Positions 38,527 through 49,054 of a DNA stretch of 64,000 nucleotides are shown one piece after another. Below the pieces are notes generated by a model. That model saw only the letters and a program-made list of their open reading frames with translations. It was not told the origin of the DNA and made no database searches. The position numbers and the translations under genes were made by a program. The stretch's first letter is position 1. The number at the start of each line of letters is the position of its first letter. The DNA comes from Flavobacteriaceae bacterium UBA6231 (GTDB lineage: Bacteria > Bacteroidota > Bacteroidia > Flavobacteriales > Flavobacteriaceae): contig DJWL01000005.1 in assembly GCA_002441545.1 (NCBI GenBank), positions 7,533 to 71,532 on the forward strand, read 5' to 3'.

Positions 38527-39636
38527 TTATATTCCATCATTTTTGTTGAACGATATCATCTTTTGAATGGTCAACATAATTCTATCAAGCAAAAATCCTA
38601 TGAGACCAATCACAAACATGGCAACAATTATTTTTGAATTAGAATCCACAGCTCCATTTTGAAATTCTTCCCAAACAAAAGACCCCAAGCCTGGACTTTG
38701 TGCCAATAATTCTATGGCAATCAAAACCATCCACGCTACAGATAAGGTGATTCTCAACCCCGTAAAAATCAATGGCAGGGACGAGGGTAATATCACTTTG
38801 AATACCTTTTGAACTGGACCAAGTTTTAAAACTTTTGCCACATTGATGTAATCTTTATCTACTGAGGACACACCCATTGCTGTATTGACCAAAGTGGCCC
38901 ACATAGAACAAAGCCCTACACTTATAAAGGAAATTATAAAAGAACTATCTCCGCTAGAGTCTTTGTTAAGCGTTTTTACAATCATGAAAACCAACAACAA
39001 CCAAACAACAGGAGATACAGGCTTAAAAATTTGTATAATCCAGTTTACCGAACTTCTCAACGTTTTGCTCAATCCAATAACAATTCCAATAGGAACAGCT
39101 ATAAAGAGCGCCAACAAAAATCCTGCAAAAACCGTTTTCAAACTTGTAAGTATTTGGTCTACAAATGATGGTCTACCCGTATAAACAATTGGAGCTTCTC
39201 CATTGGCTATACGTTTTACGTTAAGCGCTGCTGTTTTTTCTTTAAAAGCTTGTTTATCTGCACTAATGGCATAATGATCTGCAAGCAACATTTTGTATGA
39301 CTCCCAAACTTGCGCAGGAGATGGCAAGGTATTTGGCTGACAAGAAATATCTCCCGAAGCAATACAAGTTCTTACTTTCTCTGCCTCTGTTGGACCTTGC
39401 TCTACCAAAGCCTTGTATATTCTATGTTCAGCTTCAATATTGTAAAGACTTTTAGAACCTAAATACCATAAACCGAAGAATAAAAAGATGGAAGCAAGAG
39501 GCACTATCACTTTTCGTAAGAAGTTTTTAAAGTCTTCTTTCTCAAGCTTCCCAGTGAACATGTTTTTTACTGTTCCTAAAAACCCTGCTAAACCTATAAA
39601 CTTGGTTACTTTTCCTAATGTCATACTTTGCTTCAT
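38527..39636 (-). CDS. nrtB: Nitrate ABC transporter permease
   Basis: SLKTVFAGF, FKPVSPVVWL, IFTGLRITLSVAWMVLIAIE. Confidence 0.88.
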   Translation of the reverse strand: MKQSMTLGKVTKFIGLAGFLGTVKNMFTGKLEKEDFKNFLRKVIVPLASIFLFFGLWYLGSKSLYNIEAEHRIYKALVEQGPTEAEKVRTCIASGDISCQPNTLPSPAQVWESYKMLLADHYAISADKQAFKEKTAALNVKRIANGEAPIVYTGRPSFVDQILTSLKTVFAGFLLALFIAVPIGIVIGLSKTLRSSVNWIIQIFKPVSPVVWLLLVFMIVKTLNKDSSGDSSFIISFISVGLCSMWATLVNTAMGVSSVDKDYINVAKVLKLGPVQKVFKVILPSSLPLIFTGLRITLSVAWMVLIAIELLAQSPGLGSFVWEEFQNGAVDSNSKIIVAMFVIGLIGFLLDRIMLTIQKMISFNKNDGI

Positions 39637-39663
39637 TTTTTTTGAAATTTGAATTTTATTTGT

Positions 39664-41037
39664 TTATTTATCCTTGTTTCCTATTTTGAAACTGTTGATA
39701 TAACCAATTGGATCTTTAGCATCGTACTTTGTACCATCAATAAAGTCAACTGTAGCTGGTTTATAACCATCTGTTTTTGGAACATCAGTAGCTGGAATTT
39801 TACCTTCCTTAACCAACCTATCTGCCGCTTTTTTCCAAATATCTGGACGATAAATGTTTTTAATGGTTTTTTCATACCAATCAGCTGGCTTAGCTTCTGG
39901 AATTTGCCCCCATCTGCGCATTTGGGTCAAGAACCAAATACCATCAGAATAGAACGGATAGGTTGCATTGTACTTGTAGAATACGTTAAAATCTGGCAAG
40001 TCACGTTTATCACCTTTTTCAAATTCAAACGTACCTGTCATGGAATTTGCCAGAACAGCTTCGTCTGCACCAACATATTGTGACATGGATAATATTTTAA
40101 CTGCCTCTGCCCTGTTCCCCGGTTCATCCAACCATTTTCCAGCTCTAATCAATGCTTTTGTAACAGCTACAGCCGTATTTGGATATTGCTCAATAAACTT
40201 TTTAGTCATTACAAATACTTTCTCTGGATTGTTTTTCCAAATTTCGTAGTTGGTAACCACAGGAACTCCTATACCTTTAAATACGGCTTGTTGGTTCCAT
40301 GGTTCTCCCACACAGTATCCATAAATAGTTCCAGCTTCAAGGGTCGCTGGCATTTGTGGTGGAGGTGTTACAGATAATAACACTTGCGCATCAATTTGAC
40401 CTTGAACATTATCGGCAGTGTACATACCTGGATTGATTCCTGCTGCAGCTAACCAATATCTTATTTCATAATTATGTGTAGACACAGGAAATACCATACC
40501 CATTTTAAATGGTTTACCAGCATTTTTATATTCATTAATTACAGGTTTTAAAGCATCTGCTTTTATAGGATGTATTGGTTTACCATCAACATCTTTTGGA
40601 ACATTAGCTTTCATTTTAGACCAAACGTCATTAGATACGGTAATACCATTTCCGTTTAAGTCCATTGAAAAAGCAGTAACCAACTCGGCTTGCCTACCAA
40701 AACCAGCTCCTGCAGCAATTGGTTGACCTGCCAACATGTGAGATCCATCTAATTGTCCGTCAATAACACGGTCTAAAACGTTTTTCCAGTTGGATTGAGC
40801 TTCTACAGAAACAAACAATCCTTCATCTTCAAAAAATCCTTTTTCTTTTGCTATCGCTAATGGAGCCATATCTGTTAATTTGATAAAACCAAAGGTTAAC
40901 TGAGGCTTTTCAATAGTTAATTTAGTTTCTGCAACAGGTACAGTTGCTGCTTCTTTTTTCTTCTCTTTTCCGCCACAAGAAAATAGCACTACAGAAAGAG
41001 AAAAAAGTAATGATGCTTTTGTAATTAGTGATTTCAT
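39664..41037 (-). CDS. nrtA: CmpA/NrtA-family nitrate-binding lipoprotein
   Basis: Lipobox LFSC; [27 protein letters not shown]. Confidence 0.9.
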   Translation of the reverse strand: MKSLITKASLLFSLSVVLFSCGGKEKKKEAATVPVAETKLTIEKPQLTFGFIKLTDMAPLAIAKEKGFFEDEGLFVSVEAQSNWKNVLDRVIDGQLDGSHMLAGQPIAAGAGFGRQAELVTAFSMDLNGNGITVSNDVWSKMKANVPKDVDGKPIHPIKADALKPVINEYKNAGKPFKMGMVFPVSTHNYEIRYWLAAAGINPGMYTADNVQGQIDAQVLLSVTPPPQMPATLEAGTIYGYCVGEPWNQQAVFKGIGVPVVTNYEIWKNNPEKVFVMTKKFIEQYPNTAVAVTKALIRAGKWLDEPGNRAEAVKILSMSQYVGADEAVLANSMTGTFEFEKGDKRDLPDFNVFYKYNATYPFYSDGIWFLTQMRRWGQIPEAKPADWYEKTIKNIYRPDIWKKAADRLVKEGKIPATDVPKTDGYKPATVDFIDGTKYDAKDPIGYINSFKIGNKDK

Positions 41038-41059
41038 ATTTAAGTATTTTTTAATTAAT

Positions 41060-41077
41060 ATAAGTATTAATACTTAT
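41060..41077. promoter_or_regulatory. Perfect 18-bp palindrome ATAAGTA-TTAA-TACTTAT in the nrtA leader
   Basis: Immediately downstream of the TATATTTG -7 element (41084-41091, minus strand). Confidence 0.75.
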
Positions 41078-41255
41078 TTTTAACAAATATATAAGTAGTT
41101 TTAAAAATATTCCATGATTAACTACATATAAAAACATCTTTTTACACCACAAAAAAACATGCCAAAAAACATGTTTTAAACATATAGTTCTGATAGACAA
41201 ACATTTGATCATTACTTATTATTTAAATCAAGAGTACGTAATCAAAAAAATCTAT

Positions 41256-41280
41256 AAAAAAACCACCGAAAACGGTGGTT
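41256..41280 (-). terminator. Terminator of the Crp/Fnr gene
   Basis: AACCACCG-AAAA-CGGTGGTT, with a T-run following on the minus strand. Confidence 0.8.
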
Positions 41281-41312
41281 ATTAAAAAAACATATAACTT
41301 TTTAAAAAATTA

Positions 41313-42065
41313 TCAACTTCCTAGGAAATAATGATGCTCCTCTATTTCTTGTTTAAGTAATTTTTCGTTTAATATTCCTATTCTTTTGCCATTTGCTATA
41401 ATAAGCTCTTCTTTTTTTAACACCGAAAACACACGTATTACCTGCTCTTCGGTTGTACCTGCAAAATCGGCATATTCCTTTCTGCTCAGGATTAAATCTA
41501 AGTAATTATTTTTTTGATTGAATTTTCTATTAATATACAATAAGGTATCAACAACTCGTTCCCTTACAGTCATTTGAGACAAAGACTTTACTTTTGATTC
41601 GCTCCTATTAAGCTCGTTAGCATAAAACAGCATCAGATCATAGGTAAACTCAGGATGCTTCAGCAACATCTCTTGAAGCACATCTTTTGAAAAATAGCAC
41701 AATACTGTATCCTCTAAAGCAATGGCACCTATGGAATAATATTCCTCCGTTCCAAATCCGCGGTGGCCAATAATCTCTCCTGATTTTGCAAAACGCACAA
41801 TCTGTTCTCTTCCATTTATTCCAGTTCTGAATACTTTTACCTTACCTCTTAACACGAAGAAAAGTCCATTAACAGGAGCGCCTTCAATTATAAACTGCTG
41901 ACCTTTTTTACATTTAATTTCGCTTTTCTTGTCTAAAAAACTTGATGCTCTTTCTGGATTAAAATTTCGTTTAATTAAGCAGTCGTAATTCTCACAAACA
42001 GCACATAACATCCCATAAATAGGTTTCTTCCTTGATTTATCATGAAGTGTTTTAACTGCCGACAT
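41313..42065 (-). CDS. Crp/Fnr-family regulator with N-terminal C-x2-C-x4-C
   Basis: cNMP-like domain (GEIIGHRG), C-terminal HTH (LSRKEYADFAGTTEEQVIR). ATG 42065 preferred because the track's TTG at 42095 abuts the -7 element. Confidence 0.88.
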   Translation of the reverse strand: MSAVKTLHDKSRKKPIYGMLCAVCENYDCLIKRNFNPERASSFLDKKSEIKCKKGQQFIIEGAPVNGLFFVLRGKVKVFRTGINGREQIVRFAKSGEIIGHRGFGTEEYYSIGAIALEDTVLCYFSKDVLQEMLLKHPEFTYDLMLFYANELNRSESKVKSLSQMTVRERVVDTLLYINRKFNQKNNYLDLILSRKEYADFAGTTEEQVIRVFSVLKKEELIIANGKRIGILNEKLLKQEIEEHHYFLGS

Positions 42066-42105
42066 TTGTTTAAAGTCTATGATTGCATTTTTCAATTAAA
42101 CAAAT

Positions 42106-42123
42106 ATAAGTATTATTACTTAA
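42106..42123. promoter_or_regulatory. TAAGTA-N4-TACTTA operator, crp/fnr promoter
   Basis: ATAAGTA-TTAT-TACTTAA overlapping TATATTTG (42101-42108, minus strand). Confidence 0.7.
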
Positions 42124-42292
42124 TTTTAAATATAAAATACTTATTTTTTATATAATAAACCAATCTAGGAATGTGAACTCGCGAAAATTGCTATCACACA
42201 AATCAACATCTAGTAATTTCAATTAAATCTAAAGTTCATGATATTGGCTAACTTTAAAGGATTAAATAATGTTATTGAAAATAAATAGCATC

Positions 42293-43723
42293 CTACTTAA
42301 CAAATATTTTTTTTTCAAAACTGTTTTTTGGAGATTCGCAGAGTGAACATAAATAATCTTTGGGAAGGTTTTCAAAAGAAGTATTAGGGTCAATATTTTG
42401 GGTTATATCTCCATACATTTCACTGTAAATGGTTAAACACTCTTTACATTGGTAAACTTCTTCTTCTATAGTATCAATTACCGACATAGAACTACTTAAG
42501 TCTTCTCGTTCTGTTCCTAATTCCTCAAAATATAATTGACTCAATTCCATTAGCAAACTTGGCAATTCCATTTTATCTACATCTTGAACATGCATTATGT
42601 ATTCACGTGTATTAGGATCAAAATTTTTGGCATACAACAAATTATAGGTATCTCTAATTTTAAAGTCACTCAATCCTTTTGGCAAAGCGTTTTTTTCAAT
42701 AACGATGGATGTAAAATAATAGGCCTTTCTGGTATAATCTGTTATACCAAACGTTAGCCCATAAGTACTAATATCATTCTTGTCAAAATTAGTCACAAGG
42801 AATTTTTTTAATTTGATAGCATCTTTATTGGCAACTGGCAAATGCCAATTTAGTTCCAACATAGAGTGACGTACATTGATACCATGTTTTCCTAAAAATT
42901 TTTCCCAAAGTAATTTTGACTTCATTGGAATTCCTTTTACAATGAATGACTTCCATGGGGTGATGGATATCTTCCCTATCTTGTTATCAGAACACATCTC
43001 ACACATCGACTTTAAAAAAGACAAATCATACTTATTATTTCGCCAATACAATCCTAACCAGTATTTATCAACCCCAATACGGTTCATGCCTTCGTAATAA
43101 GGAAATGGATAAAAAGGCACTTCAAGTGGTTTATCTATTGTTCTGTTATTCGTTTCTATAGCATCTGTTACCAACTCAAAAATCATATCAATGGTTTCTG
43201 GATCTTCCTTTAAAATAGCCTCGATAGCCATGGCCACTTTATCTAAATCCCAGCTGTAGATAAGCGCTGGATACATTTGGGTTTTTTCCCATTCTGGAAG
43301 CCTAACATATAAATACCAGTAATCTTCATAATCTGAAGCAATGAAGTTTAAGTGTCCAGTAAATAAAGGTACTAACCGTTGTTTAGAATCGGTAATATTA
43401 ACTTTTAACTTAGGTTGTTTTCTAAACTGTTCCAGAATATATAAATACCTATCGCTGGTAAGCCAAGAAGTGCTCGGGAAAATATCTGCCGAAACATAAG
43501 ATGATACAATATTCTCATATCCAACAGTGTTAGATTCTACAATTTGTAGTTTATCAAACCCGTTCAGTTTTTTTTGGTCAATCACCTTGGGAAATAAAAT
43601 ATCCTGCCTAGAACCAAAGGAAATGGTTTTTAATCCTAAACCTTCTGCCACCTCGCAAATGTATTTCAATTCTCCTGGTGATAATACTCCACCATTGACT
43701 ATAATTCTATTAAGATCTTTCAT
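42293..43723 (-). CDS. Nitrite/sulfite-reductase-like scaffold with C-terminal rubredoxin domain
   Basis: GGVLSPGEL...ISFGSRQDI half-domain repeat; C-terminal YQCKECLTIY...CSLCESPK. Confidence 0.75.
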   Translation of the reverse strand: MKDLNRIIVNGGVLSPGELKYICEVAEGLGLKTISFGSRQDILFPKVIDQKKLNGFDKLQIVESNTVGYENIVSSYVSADIFPSTSWLTSDRYLYILEQFRKQPKLKVNITDSKQRLVPLFTGHLNFIASDYEDYWYLYVRLPEWEKTQMYPALIYSWDLDKVAMAIEAILKEDPETIDMIFELVTDAIETNNRTIDKPLEVPFYPFPYYEGMNRIGVDKYWLGLYWRNNKYDLSFLKSMCEMCSDNKIGKISITPWKSFIVKGIPMKSKLLWEKFLGKHGINVRHSMLELNWHLPVANKDAIKLKKFLVTNFDKNDISTYGLTFGITDYTRKAYYFTSIVIEKNALPKGLSDFKIRDTYNLLYAKNFDPNTREYIMHVQDVDKMELPSLLMELSQLYFEELGTEREDLSSSMSVIDTIEEEVYQCKECLTIYSEMYGDITQNIDPNTSFENLPKDYLCSLCESPKNSFEKKIFVK

Positions 43724-43811
43724 CTGTTTAAATTTATTTGTTTTTCAATAGTCAGATGGAATGCCCTTTTTGAACATTTTGGTTGTTTTGCAAAACTTGT
43801 TAATGGGCATT

Positions 43812-46800
43812 TCATGATGCCAATACGTTTGTGTTATTGAGTATTTCACGAACTTCTGTTTTACAGCTACCACAGCCCAAGCCAGCTCCAGTTTTATTAC
43901 AAAGCTCGGTAAAATTGTCACAACCATTTTCAATAGCTTCTTTAATATTGCCGGCCCCAACTTGACTGCATGAACAAACCAATTTACCAATAACAGGCTT
44001 ATCATTAGAAGCACCACGCAATAAGGTATTACGCTTATCAGCCATTTCAATTTTGCTTTCAATCATGGTTTTAAATTCAGCAAATTCATTTTTATCTCCC
44101 ATTAAAACAGCCCCTACCAACAAATCGTCTTTAACGATGCATTTTTTATAATACCGCTTAGAAATATCCGTGAATATCACTTCCTGATAACTATCATCAT
44201 TTTCAGGCACATTGATTTCTCCAATGCTACATAAATTAAGGTCGTTAAACTTTAAAATGTTCATTAATACTGAACCATTGTAGGCACAACTTACATCTCC
44301 AGCTATAAAGTTAGCCAAAATATTTGCCTGCTCTTCAGCTGCTGATGTTATCCCGAACAACTGATTATTGAACTCTGCAATTTCACCAATGGCGAAAATA
44401 TCGGGGTGTGATGATTGTAAATGCTGATTTACCTTTACACCACGACTGCAAATAATGCGATTTTCCTTAGCTATTTCTATATTGGGCACGGTTCCAATAG
44501 CATACACAATAGCATTGGCCATAATGAGTTTTCCACTTTTTAGATTGATATTAAGCTCCCCTGTATCGGCATCATCAAAAACGGTACTTACTTCATTATC
44601 AAAATAAATTTGAATACCTCGCTCTTGTACATCCAAAGCCAACAATTTACTGGACACTTTGTCCAATTGTCGTTCCATAAGTCTTGACGCACGCTGCACA
44701 ATGGTTATTTTTACGCTTTTTTGCTTTAAGGCAGCTGCTAATTCCAAGCCTAACAATCCACCGCCAACAATAACAACGTGCTGTTGTTCTGGCGGTAAAT
44801 TTGTGCTATCTAAATACGCCTTAAACCTATCAGCATCACTTTTATTTCGCATGGTAAACCTTCCAGGCAAATCAATATTCACATCTTTAGGAATAAAGGC
44901 CCTACTTCCTGTAGCCAATATAAGTTTGTCAAAGGTATAATCATCTCCAATATTATCGGTGATTGTTTTATTTTCTGAATCAATTTTTGTTATAAAACTT
45001 TCAGGGTGGATCTTGATATTTAGTTTTTTCAGCTCTTTTTCCTTAATTTTTAAAAGTTGCTCCCATGTTAGTTCTTCTGTAACATATTCTGGTAATAAAA
45101 CCCTATTATAAAAAAGATTGGGCTCTTTTGAAAACACATGGATTTCATCCTCTTCATTAAATTCCCTATAATTTTGAACAAACCTAAAGGCGGCTGCCCC
45201 GGCACCTACAATAATGATTTTCTCAAATGGTTTTTTATACTTTGTGACTGAAACGGCAGTAAATTTAAAATCCGGTTCTTTTGATTGGGGATCAACCATG
45301 TTATGCGTTAAATTATTGGCTCGATTTAAATCGCTCTTTAATTGTTTGCCCCAATGCATCGGTAAAAAAACAACACCTTTTCTTATGTTTTCTGTCACAT
45401 TTGCCCTTACCCGTACGGTGCCATGGATACTTTTTATTTCGGTAATGTCGCCATTTTTTATTTTGCACAAAAAGGCATCTATTGGATTTATTTCCAAAAC
45501 AGGTTTGGGATAATGCGTTTTTAATCGAGACACCTTTCCTGTTTTGGTCATGGTGTGCCATTGGTCCCTTACACGTCCCGTTGTTAAAATCAAAGGGAAA
45601 TCCATACTAGGTTTTATGGACCGGTTATCTATATGGCTTGGCACATTAAAAACCGCCTTTTGTGATGGCGTATAGAATTTTTTATCTTCAAAAAGCCTTG
45701 GTGTTCCAGAATGCCTGTATTCAGGAACTGGCCATTGAAATGTTCCTTCATTCTTTAATCTATCATAATTTAAAAACGAAATATCCATATTGGTTCCTTT
45801 GGTCATGGAACAATATTCACTATAAATTTCTTCAGTACTATTGTAATTGAACCCTCTAAAACCCATTTTTTGAGCAAACTCACAAAGTATTTCTACATCT
45901 GCTTTTGCTTCGCCTGGAGGGTTTATCTCTTTCGGTAAATAGGAAATTCTGCGTTCGGAATTTGTCATGGTTCCTTCTTTCTCCAACCATCCTGCAGCAG
46001 GAAGCACTAAATCTGCATACTCTACAGTATCAGATTTAAATGAAATATCTTGAACCACCACAAATTTAGCGTTTTTCATGGCTTTTTCTATGCTATGGGT
46101 ATTTGGCATACTCACCAATGGATTAGTACAAATAATCCAGACAGCCTTAAGTTTTCCTTTTTCAAGGGCATCAAACATTTCAGTAGCTGTATAACCCGCT
46201 TTATCAGAAATTTTATCTACACCCCAAAACTGAGCAACTTCACGACGATGTTCTTCATTAAAAAGATCTTTATGAACTGCTAATAAATTTGCCATGCCTC
46301 CTACTTCTCTACCTCCCATAGCATTAGGCTGCCCTGTAAGCGAAAATGGTCCTGAACCCGGTTTACCAATATGCCCCGTTAAAAGTGATAAATTTAACAA
46401 TGCAAAATTTTTATTGGTTCCTATGGCACTCTGATTAAGCCCCATAGCCCACATACTTATAAACCCTTTTGACAACCCAATAATAGTAGCCGCTTTCCGT
46501 ATGTCATCTTCTGAAACCCCACATAATTTTGAAGCTTCTTTTATGGATTTAGAAAATATTTGCTCTTTATATTTATTAAAGTCTTCTGTATGGTTCTTTA
46601 TGAAATTTTCATCCGCCAAACCACGCTCAAAAATACGCCTTCCAATCGCGTTATAAAGAATAACATCGGTTCCAGGAATCAATTGCAAATGCAAATCTGC
46701 AAAGTTTGCCGTATCGGTTTTTCGTGGATCTACTACTATTATTTTTACATCTGGATTTTGTTCTTTATGCTTTTCAAGTCTTCTAAACAATATGGGGTGA

Positions 46801-47336
46801 CACCATGCTGGATTTGCTCCCGTAATAAGAAAACTGTCAGCCAATTCAATATCATCATAAGAAACGGGTACACTATCTTCTCCAAAGGTCTTCTTGTATC
46901 CCACTACCGCAGAGCTCATGCACAAGCGCGAGTTGGTGTCAATATTGTTAGTGCCCAAAAAACCTTTTGCAAGTTTATTTGCAATATAATATTCTTCTGT
47001 TAAGCATTGACCAGACACATAAAAACCAACACTATCTGGTCCATATTTTTTAATAATTGATTTAAAAATACTACTCGCTCTCTCCAACGCATCGTCCCAA
47101 TTAACACGTTCACGTGGATGCGATCTGCTCCAACGCATTTCTGGATATAAGATTCTATCGGAAACATCATTTACAACATAATGCAAATTCATTCCTTTAG
47201 AGCACAACATGCCTTTGTTGACAGGATGGTCTTTATCACCTTCAACTACAACTTTATTATCCGCTTCTTTCTTTACAATAATTCCGCATCCTACCCCACA
47301 GTAAGAACATGTTGTTTTTACCTCATTTTGAATCAT
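43812..47336 (-). CDS. nasA: Mo-bisPGD nitrate reductase fused to FAD/NAD(P)H oxidoreductase and BFD-like [2Fe-2S] domains
   Basis: CSYCGVGCG..C, DTNSRLCMSS, TGQPNAMGGRE, GRVRDQWHTMT; then GAGAAA, GGGLLGLE, CSCSQV..C..CGSC. Confidence 0.92.
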   Translation of the reverse strand: MIQNEVKTTCSYCGVGCGIIVKKEADNKVVVEGDKDHPVNKGMLCSKGMNLHYVVNDVSDRILYPEMRWSRSHPRERVNWDDALERASSIFKSIIKKYGPDSVGFYVSGQCLTEEYYIANKLAKGFLGTNNIDTNSRLCMSSAVVGYKKTFGEDSVPVSYDDIELADSFLITGANPAWCHPILFRRLEKHKEQNPDVKIIVVDPRKTDTANFADLHLQLIPGTDVILYNAIGRRIFERGLADENFIKNHTEDFNKYKEQIFSKSIKEASKLCGVSEDDIRKAATIIGLSKGFISMWAMGLNQSAIGTNKNFALLNLSLLTGHIGKPGSGPFSLTGQPNAMGGREVGGMANLLAVHKDLFNEEHRREVAQFWGVDKISDKAGYTATEMFDALEKGKLKAVWIICTNPLVSMPNTHSIEKAMKNAKFVVVQDISFKSDTVEYADLVLPAAGWLEKEGTMTNSERRISYLPKEINPPGEAKADVEILCEFAQKMGFRGFNYNSTEEIYSEYCSMTKGTNMDISFLNYDRLKNEGTFQWPVPEYRHSGTPRLFEDKKFYTPSQKAVFNVPSHIDNRSIKPSMDFPLILTTGRVRDQWHTMTKTGKVSRLKTHYPKPVLEINPIDAFLCKIKNGDITEIKSIHGTVRVRANVTENIRKGVVFLPMHWGKQLKSDLNRANNLTHNMVDPQSKEPDFKFTAVSVTKYKKPFEKIIIVGAGAAAFRFVQNYREFNEEDEIHVFSKEPNLFYNRVLLPEYVTEELTWEQLLKIKEKELKKLNIKIHPESFITKIDSENKTITDNIGDDYTFDKLILATGSRAFIPKDVNIDLPGRFTMRNKSDADRFKAYLDSTNLPPEQQHVVIVGGGLLGLELAAALKQKSVKITIVQRASRLMERQLDKVSSKLLALDVQERGIQIYFDNEVSTVFDDADTGELNINLKSGKLIMANAIVYAIGTVPNIEIAKENRIICSRGVKVNQHLQSSHPDIFAIGEIAEFNNQLFGITSAAEEQANILANFIAGDVSCAYNGSVLMNILKFNDLNLCSIGEINVPENDDSYQEVIFTDISKRYYKKCIVKDDLLVGAVLMGDKNEFAEFKTMIESKIEMADKRNTLLRGASNDKPVIGKLVCSCSQVGAGNIKEAIENGCDNFTELCNKTGAGLGCGSCKTEVREILNNTNVLAS

Positions 47337-47450
47337 TATACCACTGAATTTTATACTAATTAAGAAAATAAAATAACGACAAACAATAGATGAACTGCAT
47401 TATTCTGAATACCATAAAAAACCAACCAAAAACTTACGAATTAGTAATTA

Positions 47451-48884
47451 TTATCCTTTAGTTTTAATTTTAATGGGAACAAGGTTCTCTATAGGCACGC
47501 GTTTGTTTTCAACAATAGCGTCTTCATTTTCTGCAGAAAAACGTATAGCCAATGCTAAAATTGCCGTAACCATTACCATACATCCAATCAACAAATACCC
47601 ACTTGAAACTGCTTGTGAAGAGGCCATTGATTGCGCTGCTTTTATTACATCCGCCCCTAATCCTTGATTGGCTGCAATAGCAGCTTTTTCAGCAAGTGCA
47701 GATTTAGATTTGAGCAATAAAGCCGCAAAAAACGCCCCTACATTACCACCTGCCCCAACAATACCTGAGACTGACCCAATGGCTTTTTTATTGATAAAAG
47801 GCACTACCGAAAACGTTGCTCCCTCGGCCATTTGAACTGATAAACTAAATAAAATCAAAAACAAAATCCCTAATATGATGTTGGTAATTCCAGAAAAAGT
47901 AACCAGCATAATTCCCTGAAGAGCAAGTATAAATGACAAAAATAGCACCCTACCACGCAATCCTTTTAACTTACCGAACTTATCTCCAAAATAGCCTCCC
48001 AATGTTCTTGCAAAAATATTCATTAATGCAAAAGACAACACAATGTTTCCTGCTGTTAATCTTTCTAACTGAAATGTATTTTGAAGATAATCGTCCATAG
48101 TACCATAAACCGTAAGCTCAATACCAAAACAAGCGGCATAGACCAAGAAAAGTATCCATATTCTATAATCCTTAATCACTGCTAAAAACCCTACTTGATC
48201 TTTCTTGGCGTTTACTTTTTTTCCTGAAGCTCTTAAATCCTCAAAATTACCTTCAGGCGTATCTTGGGTAAAAAAGTAATATACAATACCCATTAATAAA
48301 CAAATAGCACCCGCAATTATCATGGAATATCTCCAAGCCTCAGATTGAGCAACTCCCAAACCAATAACTAATGCCGCAATTAAAGGCATGCCCAAACGAT
48401 TTGCACCACCTCCTAAATTTCCCCAACCAGCAGACGTTGCATTTGCGGTACCAACAACATTTGGAGCAAACATCAGTGATGTATGCACTTGCGTTATCAC
48501 AAAAGATGCTCCAATAAAACCAATAAATAATCTACAAATAAGAAATTGAAGAGGTGTTTGCACAAAACCACATAATATGACTGGGATGGCTCCTAAAACC
48601 AAAAGCCATGTATAGCAAATTCTAGGACCATATTTATCACATAATTTACCAATAAGCAATCGGGCAAACACAGTTCCTGAAACAGCTAAAATAATAGAAT
48701 TCCATTTTTGGTCTGGTGTTAAACCTAAATCTTTAACCACATCTGGCATAAATGGAACTATGCCAAACCATGCAAAAAAGCACATAAAGAATGATATGGA
48801 AGTTATCCAGAACGTACGCACAGGAACGCTCTTAAAATCTAATAAATTAAGTGTAGTTGCTTTAACTGATACAGAATTTTTCAT
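47451..48884 (-). CDS. narK: NarK/NRT2 MFS nitrate/nitrite transporter
   Basis: Nitrate signatures FAPNVVGTANATSAGWGNLGGG and GSVSGIVGAGGNVG. Confidence 0.92.
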   Translation of the reverse strand: MKNSVSVKATTLNLLDFKSVPVRTFWITSISFFMCFFAWFGIVPFMPDVVKDLGLTPDQKWNSIILAVSGTVFARLLIGKLCDKYGPRICYTWLLVLGAIPVILCGFVQTPLQFLICRLFIGFIGASFVITQVHTSLMFAPNVVGTANATSAGWGNLGGGANRLGMPLIAALVIGLGVAQSEAWRYSMIIAGAICLLMGIVYYFFTQDTPEGNFEDLRASGKKVNAKKDQVGFLAVIKDYRIWILFLVYAACFGIELTVYGTMDDYLQNTFQLERLTAGNIVLSFALMNIFARTLGGYFGDKFGKLKGLRGRVLFLSFILALQGIMLVTFSGITNIILGILFLILFSLSVQMAEGATFSVVPFINKKAIGSVSGIVGAGGNVGAFFAALLLKSKSALAEKAAIAANQGLGADVIKAAQSMASSQAVSSGYLLIGCMVMVTAILALAIRFSAENEDAIVENKRVPIENLVPIKIKTKG

Positions 48885-48910
48885 GCCAAAATTATTTTAT
48901 ACTTACAAAA

Positions 48911-48928
48911 ATAAGTATAATTACTTAA
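48911..48928. promoter_or_regulatory. TAAGTA-N4-TACTTA operator, narK-nasA promoter
   Basis: ATAAGTA-TAAT-TACTTAA overlapping TATTTTTG (48906-48913, minus strand). Confidence 0.7.
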
Positions 48929-49054
48929 TTTTAAACATTAAAAATACGTATTATAAAATAAATATTAGATTATTAAGAATCGGTTATAATTTTGATAATA
49001 TTGGAAATAATGACTGGTTTAGTTAGTGTTTTTTATAAATCCCTTACACTACCC

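Noticed and set aside
41148-41165. Possible sigma-54 promoter (TGGCATG-T7-GT) upstream of nrtA
   Set aside because: Spacing is 11 nt instead of 10, and the -12 dinucleotide is GT, not GC.
42172-42200. TGTGA…TCACA as a CRP site
   Set aside because: Spacer is about 17 nt, not 6.
43760-43811. AATGCCC…GGGCATT inverted repeat between nasA and the rubredoxin gene
   Set aside because: Short stem with a 38-nt loop; no support as a terminator or element.
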